The notes beneath the pieces are model-generated. The model had not been told where the DNA came from. It ran no database searches and was given only the letters and a program-made list of their open reading frames with translations. A stretch of DNA of 37,083 bases from an uncultured Nitrosopumilaceae archaeon (GTDB lineage Archaea; Thermoproteota; Nitrososphaeria; Nitrososphaerales; Nitrosopumilaceae), in the NCBI GenBank assembly GCA_964460675.1, contig CAYWRD010000002.1:1472-38554 (forward strand). The letters run 5' to 3'. The translations under genes and the position numbers were made by a program. Every line of letters starts with the position of its first letter. Position 1 is the stretch's first letter. Shown piece after piece: positions 15,769 to 26,083 of this stretch.

Positions 15769-18700
15769 ATGTCTGAAAATGATGCCATCTCAAGAATTAA
15801 AGGCATACCAATGCCTGACTATTATGGCCGATATTACAAATCCCTTTCAGAAGAGACTTATAGAATATTTGAGAATGCCGCCTACGCCAAATCCACACTT
15901 GTAGATTCTTCCGGCATAATTGAGCCTAAAATCGCATTTGATTTGGCAGATCGTGTCGCAAAAATGCATGAAATTGATATTTCCGAACCACTCAGGGAAC
16001 TTCTAAAAACAAATGGAAAAGAACTTTCAGCTTTAATTCTCTCAAAGGAGATAGCACTAGGAAAATACCTTCCTCCTGACTCTACATTAGAAGAAAGATT
16101 AGATCTGGCAGTTCGTGTAGGTCTTGCAATAGTGACTGAAGGTGTTACTATTGCGCCATTACAGGGAATTAGTGAGGTAAAAATAAAGAAGAACAAAGAT
16201 GGCACTGAATATCTTTCCGTATCTATTGCAGGACCAATGCGTTCTGCTGGAGGAACTGAATCGGCCGTTACCATTCTAATCGCAGATCATGTTAGAAAGA
16301 CGGTAAATCTTGGGAAATACCAAGCTAATTGTTTTGATGATGAGACAGGCAGGTTTGTTGAAGAATTAAGGGTCTATGAAAGAGAGGCTGGAAACTTCCA
16401 ATTTCATGTATTAGATGATGATATTATTCATGTGATTTCAAACCTACCAGTAGAGCTTGATGGAGTAGATACTGACCCGTACGAGGTAGTAAATCACAAG
16501 GGCATGTCACGCATTAAAACAGATAGAGTGAGAGGGGGAGCATTAAGGGTACTTAATGATGGCCTTATTGGCAGATCAAAAAAACTATTGAAAAGAATAG
16601 AACGCTATAATCTGAAAGGTTGGGAATGGTTAGACGATCTGAAAGGAGCTATTCAAACAGGCGATAAAGAAGAGGATGCCGCCTCGAAAAGAATGAAAGA
16701 AGTCATTACTGGAAGATCTGTTCTTTCAATGCCAAATACTATAGGAGGATTTCGATTACGGTATGGAAGATCCTGTAACACTGGCTTTGCTGCTGTAGGA
16801 ATCCATCCAGTAATAGCTGAGATTTTGGACCATACAATAGCTGTAGGAACTCAAATCAAAATAGACCTACCAGGAAAAGGCGCAACCATAGCTTTTGTGG
16901 ATTCTATTGAAACACCTACTGTCTTATTAAAAAATGGAAATGTTGTAAAAATCAAAGATGTAAACCATGGTAAGGAAATCAAAAACGAAATCATAAAAAT
17001 TATTCATCTTGGTGATATACTGATATCGTTTGGGGATTTCCTTGAAAATAATGCTTCCTTGGTGCCGTCTGGCTATGTTGAAGAATATTGGATAGAGGAA
17101 CTACGAGAAAAACTCCAAAAATATGAACCTGAAACAAGCCCGTTAAGGGAATTTTTGACTAAAATCCCGACTTTGGATGAGGCAATCAAACTTAGTTTGG
17201 ACTTCAAAATCCCTCTACATCCTAAATATCTCTATTTTTGGGATCTGATTACTCCAAAAGAATTAGAATCTCTTTTGGAGACAGAACAAATTAATCTAAA
17301 CTCTATATCTTATTCAATTAACAAAAAACCAATACTCGAAAAACTCGGAGTTCCACACAAAAAAAATGAGAAGTCGGTGATACTTGAAGGTGAAGAAGCC
17401 AAGATTTTCTATAATTTGTTATTTCATAAACCTCTAAAAATTGAGAATATACCTGCCCCTGAAATAATTTCAAAATCATCCAATATTGAAATCCGCAACA
17501 AATTTTCTACATCTATCGGAGTCAGGATTGGGCGTCCCGAGAAGGCAGCTCCGAGACAGATGAAACCTCCTATCCATTCATTATTTCCTATCGGAAATAA
17601 AGGCGGTCCAACCAGGGACTTGTTAAAAGCGGCAAAACAAGGTACATTCTATACTAATATCTATAATCGTACTTGTAGTAACTGTAATGAACCTTCGATT
17701 GGCATAAAATGTCATACATGTGGAAAAAAAACCATAATTGAATACCAGTGTCTGAATTGCCGAGAATTACTAAAGACGGAATATTGTGAGAAATGTAAAA
17801 GAAAAGCAGTATCTCATACCTACAAACCATTTCCTTTAAAGACCAAGCTTAACTCGGCCCAAGAGGTTGTTGGATATAGGGCTCAAGAACCCTTCAAAGG
17901 AGTAAGGGAACTGATAAACCAAGATAAAATTGCAGAACCTTTTGAGAAGGGGCTATTACGGCAAAGCCACGGATTGACAGTTTTCAAAGATGGAACTATA
18001 AGATTCGATGCAACCAATTCTCCACTAACTCACTTCAAACCTTCATGGGTTGGAACATCAATCTCAACTCTCAAAAAATTAGGATATACCCATGACATAG
18101 ATGGCAAAGTTATCGAAAATCCAGAACAATTCATAGAATTAAGAACCCAAGACGTAATTGTTCCAAATGATTGTGGACACTATCTTATCTCTACCTGTAA
18201 ATACATTGATGATTTGTTAAGCAAATTCTACGGTAAGGAGAAGTACTACAACGTCAAAACAAAGGATCAATTAATAGGACATCTGATCATAGGCCTTGCT
18301 CCACATACATCAGTGGGAATAGTTGGAAGAATTATAGGATTCACAGAAACTCATGTTTGTTTTGCTACCCCCAATTGGCATTCTGCAAAAAGAAGAGATG
18401 CTGACGGTGATGCAGACTCGATTATGCTTTTAATGGATAGTTTGTTGAATTTTTCAAGGCAGTTCTTATCAGATAGAATAGGTGGCTTGATGGACGCACC
18501 ACTACTAGTACAACCTCTTGTATTGCCACATGAATCTCAACCACAGGCTCACAATCTTGAGGTTTGTAAATCACTACCAATAGAATTCTTTGAATCTACA
18601 AAAGATAAGTTAAAGGCCTCTGATGTAACCTCAGTAGAAATCATAAAATCTAGACTGGAGACCAATGAACAATTCTTTGATTACTTTTTTACACATACCA

Positions 18701-19149
18701 CTACTACCCTAACTACTTCAAAGTCTAGAAGTGCATACTCTACTCTTGGTTCAATGCTTGACAAATTTGACATGCAAATCAAAAATGCAGAATTGATCAA
18801 TGCAGTTAACACATCCGAAATCGTCTCAAATGTTATCTCAACTCATCTTGTCCCAGATATCATGGGAAACCTACGAGCTTATGCAAGACAGAATTTTAGA
18901 TGCACTGCCTGTGGAAGATCTTACCGCAGACTACCTTTGATCCAAACCTGTGAATGTGGCCATAAACTCATTCAAACAATTACAAGAGCATCTGTGGAAA
19001 AATATCTAAAACTTGCAAGACGATTAGTTGAAAAATACGATGTAGGAAATTATCAAAGGGGTCGAATTCGAGCTCTGGCTGATGAACTTGATTTGGTCTT
19101 TGGTAAAAATAAGGGCGACCAATCATTGCTTACTGACTATGCTGGCTAG
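15769..19149 (+). CDS. polC: DNA polymerase II (PolD) large catalytic subunit DP2, without an intein
   Basis: 1126 aa. It has the internal Cys-cluster zinc fingers (CSNCNEPSIGIKCHTCGKK...CLNC...CEKC) and the C-terminal CTACGRSYRRLPL...CECGH zinc motif. The GLAPHTSVG and RDADGDADS regions are characteristic of DP2. Confidence 0.95.
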   Translation: MSENDAISRIKGIPMPDYYGRYYKSLSEETYRIFENAAYAKSTLVDSSGIIEPKIAFDLADRVAKMHEIDISEPLRELLKTNGKELSALILSKEIALGKYLPPDSTLEERLDLAVRVGLAIVTEGVTIAPLQGISEVKIKKNKDGTEYLSVSIAGPMRSAGGTESAVTILIADHVRKTVNLGKYQANCFDDETGRFVEELRVYEREAGNFQFHVLDDDIIHVISNLPVELDGVDTDPYEVVNHKGMSRIKTDRVRGGALRVLNDGLIGRSKKLLKRIERYNLKGWEWLDDLKGAIQTGDKEEDAASKRMKEVITGRSVLSMPNTIGGFRLRYGRSCNTGFAAVGIHPVIAEILDHTIAVGTQIKIDLPGKGATIAFVDSIETPTVLLKNGNVVKIKDVNHGKEIKNEIIKIIHLGDILISFGDFLENNASLVPSGYVEEYWIEELREKLQKYEPETSPLREFLTKIPTLDEAIKLSLDFKIPLHPKYLYFWDLITPKELESLLETEQINLNSISYSINKKPILEKLGVPHKKNEKSVILEGEEAKIFYNLLFHKPLKIENIPAPEIISKSSNIEIRNKFSTSIGVRIGRPEKAAPRQMKPPIHSLFPIGNKGGPTRDLLKAAKQGTFYTNIYNRTCSNCNEPSIGIKCHTCGKKTIIEYQCLNCRELLKTEYCEKCKRKAVSHTYKPFPLKTKLNSAQEVVGYRAQEPFKGVRELINQDKIAEPFEKGLLRQSHGLTVFKDGTIRFDATNSPLTHFKPSWVGTSISTLKKLGYTHDIDGKVIENPEQFIELRTQDVIVPNDCGHYLISTCKYIDDLLSKFYGKEKYYNVKTKDQLIGHLIIGLAPHTSVGIVGRIIGFTETHVCFATPNWHSAKRRDADGDADSIMLLMDSLLNFSRQFLSDRIGGLMDAPLLVQPLVLPHESQPQAHNLEVCKSLPIEFFESTKDKLKASDVTSVEIIKSRLETNEQFFDYFFTHTTTTLTTSKSRSAYSTLGSMLDKFDMQIKNAELINAVNTSEIVSNVISTHLVPDIMGNLRAYARQNFRCTACGRSYRRLPLIQTCECGHKLIQTITRASVEKYLKLARRLVEKYDVGNYQRGRIRALADELDLVFGKNKGDQSLLTDYAG

Positions 19150-19150
19150 C

Positions 19151-20473
19151 CTACCTTAGTTTGACATATTCATACGCACCAAGTTTGTTATCAAAACAAT
19201 AATGCACTTTTTGGAAGTGTTTTCTAAATGATTTAACTTTTGAAACGAATCTTTTGGATTCCTTCTTTTCAATTACAATTTGTTTGATAAACCCTGCAAT
19301 TTCTTTCATATCTGATTCTTTCATTCCCAGCCTTGTTATCTCTGATACTCCCAGCCTGATACCTCCAGGATGAAAGTAATTTCTTCCCGCCTTAATGTCA
19401 CCTGGAATCAATTGTCTGTTAACAATTATGTTGGCTTTTTCCAAGTCAGCCTCTACTTTTCCCCCATCCGAATAATCTAATACATTTACTGCGATTTGGT
19501 GGGATTTTGTGAATCCTCTACTTTCTCCTAACACTTTGAAACCTGCTTCACTTAATGCTTCACCTAGAGCCTTAGCATTTTTTATGACCTGCTTTGCATA
19601 ATCTTTACCAAACTCTAATGCCTCAGTAAATGCTACTGCTTTTGCTGCCATATGATGAATGTGATGACTACTAGTTAACCCTGGAAACGTAGCCTTCTTA
19701 ATTGCTTCTTCATGCTCCGTTCCGCCTAATACTAAACCTCCTTGAGGACCAAACAATGTTTTATGAGTACTCATGGTCATAGTTTCAGCACCTTCTTTTA
19801 GGGGATCTTGAAACTGTCCTCCTGCAATAAGACCTGCTACATGAGCAGCATCATAATTAATATGCATATCATAACTCTTGAGAAAATCAGCTAATTCTTT
19901 TACTGGATGTGGAAACAAGAAAAGAGAACCTCCAAACATTGCCATTTTTGGCAGACGGTTAGAATCTTTGAGTTCTTTTATCTTCTGTTTTGTTTTATCA
20001 ACATCGATAGTCATTTCTTCAGCATCAAAGGGATAAAACTCAATTTCTAAACCATGAACTAAACCTGCCGTTCCTGAATGCTCCTTTTTACCATGTGAAA
20101 TATGACCGCCTGCTGGAATTGAAGGTGCTAACATAATATCGCCTGGGTTGGTAAAAGCTGAATAAACTGCAAGATTTGCTACAACTCCAGAAATGGGTCT
20201 GACATCGGCAAATTTTGCCTTGTACAGTTTTTTTGCCAGTTTCATGCATTCGAATTCAACATCATCTATGTAGATACAACCGGCATAAACTCTCTCACCA
20301 GGCCAACCTTCAGCATATCTATTTCCAAAATCTGAAATTATTGCCTCTCTTACAGCTGGACTTGGAATATTTTCACTGGCAATCAGGGGAATAGAATTTT
20401 CAAACCATTTGTTATGTTCTTTTAATTTAGAAAAAATTTTATTATAAGATTCCTTGTTTGCCGATTTTGCCAT
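19151..20473 (-). CDS. glyA: Serine hydroxymethyltransferase
   Basis: IPLIASENIPSP, and the PLP-lysine region TMSTHKTLFGPQGG. Confidence 0.95.
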   Translation of the reverse strand: MAKSANKESYNKIFSKLKEHNKWFENSIPLIASENIPSPAVREAIISDFGNRYAEGWPGERVYAGCIYIDDVEFECMKLAKKLYKAKFADVRPISGVVANLAVYSAFTNPGDIMLAPSIPAGGHISHGKKEHSGTAGLVHGLEIEFYPFDAEEMTIDVDKTKQKIKELKDSNRLPKMAMFGGSLFLFPHPVKELADFLKSYDMHINYDAAHVAGLIAGGQFQDPLKEGAETMTMSTHKTLFGPQGGLVLGGTEHEEAIKKATFPGLTSSHHIHHMAAKAVAFTEALEFGKDYAKQVIKNAKALGEALSEAGFKVLGESRGFTKSHQIAVNVLDYSDGGKVEADLEKANIIVNRQLIPGDIKAGRNYFHPGGIRLGVSEITRLGMKESDMKEIAGFIKQIVIEKKESKRFVSKVKSFRKHFQKVHYCFDNKLGAYEYVKLR

Positions 20474-20551
20474 GCAGTCTACATCGAATTTCCCAATTTA
20501 AAAACACCGATTAGTATATTGGATTTTTGTCAATTATTCTCTCCCCGAACG

Positions 20552-20559
20552 TATAAAAA
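20552..20559 (+). promoter_or_regulatory. TATA box of the thermosome gene
   Basis: TATAAAAA is centred about 28 nt upstream of the ATG at 20583, consistent with a leaderless or very short-leader archaeal mRNA. Confidence 0.45.
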
Positions 20560-20582
20560 GGGAATCTTAGGTTCTGGGATCA

Positions 20583-22295
20583 ATGAGTGTACAAGCATCA
20601 AATCAGGGAAGAATGCCAGTAGTTCTACTCAAAGAAGGAGCTACTGAGACTAAAGGACGTGATGCTCAGAAAAACAATATTTCTGCTGCAAAAATTATTG
20701 CAGAAATCGTTCATACCAGTCTTGGTCCACGTGGCATGGACAAGATGCTAGTTGACTCATTAGGTGATGTTACAATTACTAATGATGGTGCAACCATTCT
20801 CAAAGAGATTGACGTTCAACACCCTGCAGCAAAGATGCTAGTTGAAATTTCTAAAACTACAGATAATGAAGTAGGTGATGGTACAACTTCAGCTGTCGTT
20901 CTTGCAGGTGCACTATTAGAGAATGCAGAATCACTTCTAAACCAAGATGTTCATCCTACAATAATTGTAGATGGTTATAGAAAAGCTGCAAAGAAAGCAA
21001 AACAATTTCTAAAGGATATTTCTGAAACAGTATCTGCAAATGATAAGACAATCCTTGCTAAAATTGCCAAAACATCAATGCAGACAAAATTAGTTAGAAA
21101 AGATTCTGATGCGTTATCTGATATTATTGTTAAATCTATTCTTTCAGTTTCTGAAAAAGAAGGAGACAAATTTGAAGTTGATATTGATGATATTAAAGTA
21201 GAGAAGAAAGCAGGCGGTTCAATTAAAGACTCTGAAATTATTCAGGGCATTGTATTAGATAAAGAAATAGTTCATGGTAGCATGCCAAAGAAGATTCCTG
21301 ATGCAAAAATTGCATTACTTAACACTGCCCTAGAAATAAGCAAAACTGAAACTGATGCAAAAATAAACATTTCAAATCCTCAACAACTCAAAACATTCCT
21401 TGATGAAGAAAATAAAATGTTGAAGACCATGGTAGACAAAGTAATAGGTTCTGGAGCAAATGTGATCTTATGTCAAAAAGGAATTGATGATATGGCTCAA
21501 CATTACCTCGCCAAAGCTGGTATACTCGCTGTAAGAAGAATAAAAGAAAGTGATCTTGCCAAGCTTGCAAAAGCCACTGGAGGAAGAATAGTTACTAACT
21601 TAGATGATTTATTTGAAAAAGATCTTGGCTCAGCTGATATAGTTGAGGAAAGAAAAATTGAAGAAGACAAATGGGTCTTTATCGAAGGTTGCAAACATCC
21701 AAAATCTGTAACACTTCTTTTACGTGGTGGTTCACAAAGAGTAGTTGATGAAGTTGAACGCTCAGTACATGATGCATTGATGGTAGTAAAAGATGTAATG
21801 CTTAATCCACATGTAGTAGCTGGAGGAGGAGCCCCAGAAACATATGCTGCTTCAAAATTAAGAAATTGGTCTAATTCACTTGAAGGAAGAGAACAATTAG
21901 CAGCTGAAAAATTTGCTGATGCACTTGAGTCTATTCCATTAACACTTTCTGAGAATGCTGGTATGGATCCTATCGATACTCTTGCCGCTCTTCGTTCAAG
22001 GCAACAAAAAGGTGAGAAATGGACAGGAATTGATGTAATGAAAGCAAAGATTGCTAACATGAAATCAAGTGATATTATTGAACCCTTATCAGTCAAAGAA
22101 CAAATCGTTTCAGCCGCATCAGAAGCTGCATGTATGATTCTCAGAATTGACGATGTTATTGCAACTCAGAAATCTGCAGGACCTCCACCAGGAGCTGAGG
22201 GTGGTATGGGTGGAATGCCACCAGGAATGGGTGGTGGAATGCCAGGTATGGGTGGAATGCCAGGTGGCATGCCTGATATGGGCGGAATGATGTAA
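20583..22295 (+). CDS. ths: Thermosome subunit (group II chaperonin) with a C-terminal GGM repeat tail
   Basis: [25 protein letters not shown] and VAGGGAPE are present. The tail is [30 protein letters not shown]. Confidence 0.95.
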   Translation: MSVQASNQGRMPVVLLKEGATETKGRDAQKNNISAAKIIAEIVHTSLGPRGMDKMLVDSLGDVTITNDGATILKEIDVQHPAAKMLVEISKTTDNEVGDGTTSAVVLAGALLENAESLLNQDVHPTIIVDGYRKAAKKAKQFLKDISETVSANDKTILAKIAKTSMQTKLVRKDSDALSDIIVKSILSVSEKEGDKFEVDIDDIKVEKKAGGSIKDSEIIQGIVLDKEIVHGSMPKKIPDAKIALLNTALEISKTETDAKINISNPQQLKTFLDEENKMLKTMVDKVIGSGANVILCQKGIDDMAQHYLAKAGILAVRRIKESDLAKLAKATGGRIVTNLDDLFEKDLGSADIVEERKIEEDKWVFIEGCKHPKSVTLLLRGGSQRVVDEVERSVHDALMVVKDVMLNPHVVAGGGAPETYAASKLRNWSNSLEGREQLAAEKFADALESIPLTLSENAGMDPIDTLAALRSRQQKGEKWTGIDVMKAKIANMKSSDIIEPLSVKEQIVSAASEAACMILRIDDVIATQKSAGPPPGAEGGMGGMPPGMGGGMPGMGGMPGGMPDMGGMM

Positions 22296-22344
22296 TTCAT
22301 TTGAATTCAAAAGTTTATTTTCTAACACAAAACTACCCTCAATA

Positions 22345-22623
22345 TTGAGTAAGATAACGACTCGAGCCTTTACAGGTTTCAAATATGTGTATTTGATAAT
22401 TTTCTTTGCATTACTTTCAGGTTTTTTCCATCCATTGATTACTGGTTCAAGTTTTGATTCTGTTGTTGTTGGTGTGATTGTATTGTTTGTAGGTCTAGCG
22501 GGAGGAGTGTTATTGTATAAGGCAGCAACTTCTGAGAAAAGAAATTGGATTTTTCTTGGTGGTGGTTTTGGACTGATTTCTATTTCATTATTTTACATCT
22601 TCCAACTTACAGGAAGAGTCTAA
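22345..22623 (+). CDS. Small integral membrane protein (about 3 TM helices), function unknown
   Basis: 92 aa and hydrophobic. TTG start. Its 3' end overlaps glnA by 4 nt. Confidence 0.5.
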   Translation: MSKITTRAFTGFKYVYLIIFFALLSGFFHPLITGSSFDSVVVGVIVLFVGLAGGVLLYKAATSEKRNWIFLGGGFGLISISLFYIFQLTGRV

Positions 22624-24092
22624 ACATCAAAGTATAGATAAAATTCATGTGGATGTGGACGAATAGATATCTCTCGCTGATCTCTTCGCCCTAATGACAT
22701 TATTGTATCAATAACATCATCTGTGAAAATCGTACCTAGGAATTTTTTGTCACTTTCAAGTTCATCTAATGCTTCACCTAAGCTTGCTGGAAGAACCCCA
22801 ATTCCTTTCTTTTTACGTTCTGATTTTGTCATTTTAAAAATATCATCACGTATCTGGTCACCAGGATCAGTCTTTTTCTTTATACCATCCATTCCTGCTG
22901 CAGTTACTGCTGCAAACACGAGATATGGGTTAGATGATGGATCTGGAGCCCTAAACTCTAGTCTCTTAAGATAAGAATATCCAGAACCCTTGAAGTGCTT
23001 TGGAACTCTAACTATTGCAGAACGGTTACTAGAACTCCATGCAATATATGCAGGGGCTTCATATCCTGGAACTAATCTATGATAGGAGTTTGTTGTTGGA
23101 TTACAAATTGCTGAAAGCGCTCTTGCATGATTCATAATACCACCACAGAAGTACCTCGCAGTTTGGCTTAATTCGTCAGGATCATCAGGATCAAAGAAGG
23201 CATTGTTTTTTCCTTTCCATAAACTAACGTTGGTATGCATTCCTGAACCAGCGTCCATTGAAATAGGTTTTGGCATCATGGTTGCAACTTTGCCGTATTT
23301 CTGTGCTACATTTCTGATTACAAATTTGTAAGATTGGGTGGCGTCAGCAGCATTGGTAAGATAATCATATTTGATGTCAATTTCACATTGTCCAGCTGTT
23401 GCAACTTCGTGATGATGATTATCACAAAGAATTCCAAAATTGGTATTTAGAATATTAACACATTCATTTCTAAATGGAGTAAGTGTATCAGATGGTGTAC
23501 TAGGATAGTATCCCTCCTGTAATCCCATTGGGTATCCTGTTCCCTCCTGACTCCATGGTGCTTCCTTAGATTCAATAGAATATGACTGACCTTTGTAAGG
23601 AGTCAAGACATCCCAATGTATTTGATCAAACACAAAGAATTCTACTTCAGGTCCCCAAGCGCTATTTTCAAAACCTTGTGATTTGATATATTCCTCTGCT
23701 TTCTGTGCAATGTTTCGTGGATCACGAGAAAGCCTTCCTCTGTCCTCTCCCCAATAAACATCACAAAGCAGTCGTGCAGTTTTATTTTCCGTTAACCATG
23801 GGATCTGTGCAAATGTATTAGGATCAGGTTTTAGAACTAAATCAGAATCATCAATACTTGTAAAACCAACAATAGATGATCCATCAAGTTTTGGTAGACC
23901 ATCTTTCATTTGTTCTGGAGTAAAGGTATTTGCAGATATTGTGGTATGATGGAATCTCCCTGTTAGCCCAGTAAATTGCAGATCGATAAATTTTATATCT
24001 TCATGTGCGATCTTTGAAAAAACTTCGTCTGGTGAATACTTTACCTGCATTGCTTTTCCATGGCTAACTTTATACGGCAATTTATACTTCAA
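22620..24092 (-). CDS. glnA: Glutamine synthetase type I. The ATG at 24050 (MQVKYSPDEV...) is a more typical start than the TTG at 24092.
   Basis: KFIDLQFTGLTGRFHH, PEVEFFVFD, HHHEVATAGQCEI, SGMHTNVSLW, NSYHRLVPGYEAP and RVPKH match GS-I. Confidence 0.95.
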   Translation of the reverse strand: MKYKLPYKVSHGKAMQVKYSPDEVFSKIAHEDIKFIDLQFTGLTGRFHHTTISANTFTPEQMKDGLPKLDGSSIVGFTSIDDSDLVLKPDPNTFAQIPWLTENKTARLLCDVYWGEDRGRLSRDPRNIAQKAEEYIKSQGFENSAWGPEVEFFVFDQIHWDVLTPYKGQSYSIESKEAPWSQEGTGYPMGLQEGYYPSTPSDTLTPFRNECVNILNTNFGILCDNHHHEVATAGQCEIDIKYDYLTNAADATQSYKFVIRNVAQKYGKVATMMPKPISMDAGSGMHTNVSLWKGKNNAFFDPDDPDELSQTARYFCGGIMNHARALSAICNPTTNSYHRLVPGYEAPAYIAWSSSNRSAIVRVPKHFKGSGYSYLKRLEFRAPDPSSNPYLVFAAVTAAGMDGIKKKTDPGDQIRDDIFKMTKSERKKKGIGVLPASLGEALDELESDKKFLGTIFTDDVIDTIMSLGRRDQREISIRPHPHEFYLYFDV

Positions 24093-24133
24093 GCTAACAC
24101 AAATACATCTGTCATTTAAGGATTAGGTAAGAA

Positions 24134-24691
24134 ATGTCGGAAGAAAAACAGGTTGATATCAATTCATTGTACTCTACAGTTCTACGCGAGTTTGAAAATG
24201 ATACTATTCAGGAATTAGAATCAGATTTTTATAAAACCGTTTCAAAATTCATAGGAAATCTTAGAAAACAAGAATTTGATGGAGTAGAAAACAAAATCAA
24301 AGAATCGCTTATCAAAATGGCATCAGAGTTAACTTCATTATTACTAAACATCAGAATTGAAAAGTTAATCGATAATGAATCACTTGATTTTGAAAATCTG
24401 TTAGATGAAGAAAAATACATTCTAGATGCAGAAGAAGAAAGAAGGGAACGCAGTGAAATGATTTTATCTGCCACAATCAATGGGCGTTCACAACTCCTGG
24501 AATCTATTTCATATCGTCATAAAACAAAAACAGTAGTGGTTAGATTTTTGAAGAATATGGATGAATTAGTAGGAGCTGATCTTCAAAAATATGGCCCATT
24601 CCAATCCGAGGATATTGCAACAATACCTTATGAAAATGCTCAAGCATTAATCTCTAAAAAAATTGTAACCAAAGTGAGATGGGAAGATTAG
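24134..24691 (+). CDS. GINS subunit (Gins51/Gins15-like) of the replicative helicase complex
   Basis: The N-terminal helical A-domain has ELESDFYKTVSKFIGNLRKQ. The C-terminal B-domain VVVRFLKNMDELVGADLQKYGPFQSEDIATIPYENAQALISKKI resembles archaeal Gins51. Confidence 0.6.
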   Translation: MSEEKQVDINSLYSTVLREFENDTIQELESDFYKTVSKFIGNLRKQEFDGVENKIKESLIKMASELTSLLLNIRIEKLIDNESLDFENLLDEEKYILDAEEERRERSEMILSATINGRSQLLESISYRHKTKTVVVRFLKNMDELVGADLQKYGPFQSEDIATIPYENAQALISKKIVTKVRWED

Positions 24692-24721
24692 ATAGAAATT
24701 ATCCCTATGATTAGTTAATTT

Positions 24722-25006
24722 GTGTCTCATACGGGAGTTGACGTTATAGATTTTCTTTATTATACTGTTTATCCCGTAATTGGGATTTTTGCGGTTGAGG
24801 CAATTTGCCGATTAATCAAGGCACCAAAATGGATCAAACTTTGGAGCCAAGCTGCAGTTTCTATTGGATTTGGTGTGTATTACTGGTTTATCCTACCTGC
24901 CCCACAAAACTTTCCATTAACGGCAGTAGTGTTATTTGCATTGGCAGCAGCTTTAATCTATCAAGGAAGAAGAGCAAAAATTTCACCTGAAAAAAGTCCT
25001 TACTAA
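24722..25006 (+). CDS. Small integral membrane protein, function unknown
   Basis: 94 aa with about 3 hydrophobic helices. GTG start. Confidence 0.45.
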   Translation: MSHTGVDVIDFLYYTVYPVIGIFAVEAICRLIKAPKWIKLWSQAAVSIGFGVYYWFILPAPQNFPLTAVVLFALAAALIYQGRRAKISPEKSPY

Positions 25007-25007
25007 A

Positions 25008-25226
25008 TTATTTTCTAAAAAAACGTTTGAAAAAACCTTTTTTGTTTGGTCCTCCATCTCTTACGACTTTTTTTTCGCCAAACTTTTTAGCTCTAATTTG
25101 TGTAAGTTTGACACATCTATGATCTTCAGGAAGCCTATGTTCAGGACAAAACGGATCCTTGCAATAATTACATTGAAAAGGCATGTCTGTCATTTCGCCA
25201 CAATATGCACACTTTTCTGGCTTCAT
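25008..25226 (-). CDS. AN1-type zinc finger protein
   Basis: The CAYCGEMTDMPFQCNYCKDPFCPEHRLPEDHRC pattern (Cx2C...Cx2C...CxxH...HxC) is followed by a basic tail. Confidence 0.8.
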   Translation of the reverse strand: MKPEKCAYCGEMTDMPFQCNYCKDPFCPEHRLPEDHRCVKLTQIRAKKFGEKKVVRDGGPNKKGFFKRFFRK

Positions 25227-25341
25227 AACCCAAAATACAATTTTAGATTTAATAAATTAGCTTTCAAAACCTTGCAATATTCATTATTACAAGAAAACAT
25301 ATTTACCATCTAGAACATGATTTTATTCTAAGTGAATTCTA

Positions 25342-26082
25342 ATGCTCAAAGATAAAATTGCCATTATTACTGGTGCAAGTAGTGGAATTGGTTATGCAAC
25401 TGCCTTAGCATTATCAAAAGCAGGAGCCAAGATAGCAATAGGTGCAAGAAGAACCGATAGACTATCTGATTTGGAAGCAAAAATTAAAGAAAATGGTGGT
25501 GAGGTTCTATCACAGAAATTAGATGTTACAAAAAAAGACGAATGTAATTCCTTTGTTGATGCAGTTTTACAAAAATGGGGAACTGTTGATATTCTTGTAA
25601 ATAATGCTGGCTTAATGCCACTTAGTTTTTTTAAGAATTTGAAAATTGATGAATGGGAACAAATGATTGATGTTAATGTTAAAGGTGTTTTGTATTGTAC
25701 TGCTGCAGTAGTCCCAAAAATGCTAGAACAAAAATCAGGTCATATTGTGAATATTTCTTCTGTTGCTGGAAGAATTGTTTTTCCTGCTGGGAGCGTTTAT
25801 TGTGCTACCAAACATGCCATTACTGCATTAAGTGAGGGATTAAGACAAGAATTAAGTGTTAGAAAGAACATTAGGGTTACTTGTATTGAACCGGGTGTTG
25901 TTGCAACAGAGCTTACAAACACAATTACTGATGAATCATTACAAGGATTTGTAGAAAATACTAAAAAAATGGAAGCACTTCAATCAGAAGACATTGCCAA
26001 CGCAATTCTTTATGCTGTAGAGTCACCTAAACATGTAAACGTAAACGAAGTTCTAATAAGACCTACTACGCAAGATAGATAG
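25342..26082 (+). CDS. Short-chain dehydrogenase/reductase (classical SDR, YdfG/serine dehydrogenase-like)
   Basis: TGASSGIG cofactor motif, NNAG, and catalytic S...YCATK. Confidence 0.9.
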   Translation: MLKDKIAIITGASSGIGYATALALSKAGAKIAIGARRTDRLSDLEAKIKENGGEVLSQKLDVTKKDECNSFVDAVLQKWGTVDILVNNAGLMPLSFFKNLKIDEWEQMIDVNVKGVLYCTAAVVPKMLEQKSGHIVNISSVAGRIVFPAGSVYCATKHAITALSEGLRQELSVRKNIRVTCIEPGVVATELTNTITDESLQGFVENTKKMEALQSEDIANAILYAVESPKHVNVNEVLIRPTTQDR

Positions 26083-26083
26083 A

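Noticed and set aside
15769-19149. Possible intein or insertion in PolD DP2 (also considered for CDC48 and the thermosome)
   Set aside because: The lengths are normal for intein-free versions. No intein splice-junction blocks or homing endonuclease motifs were seen in the translations.
22119-22382. 87-aa His/Thr/Trp-rich ORF (…[20 protein letters not shown]…)
   Set aside because: It is the antisense reading of the GGM-repeat tail of the thermosome gene, so it is a repeat-driven artefact. The GGM tail itself is a well-known chaperonin feature.
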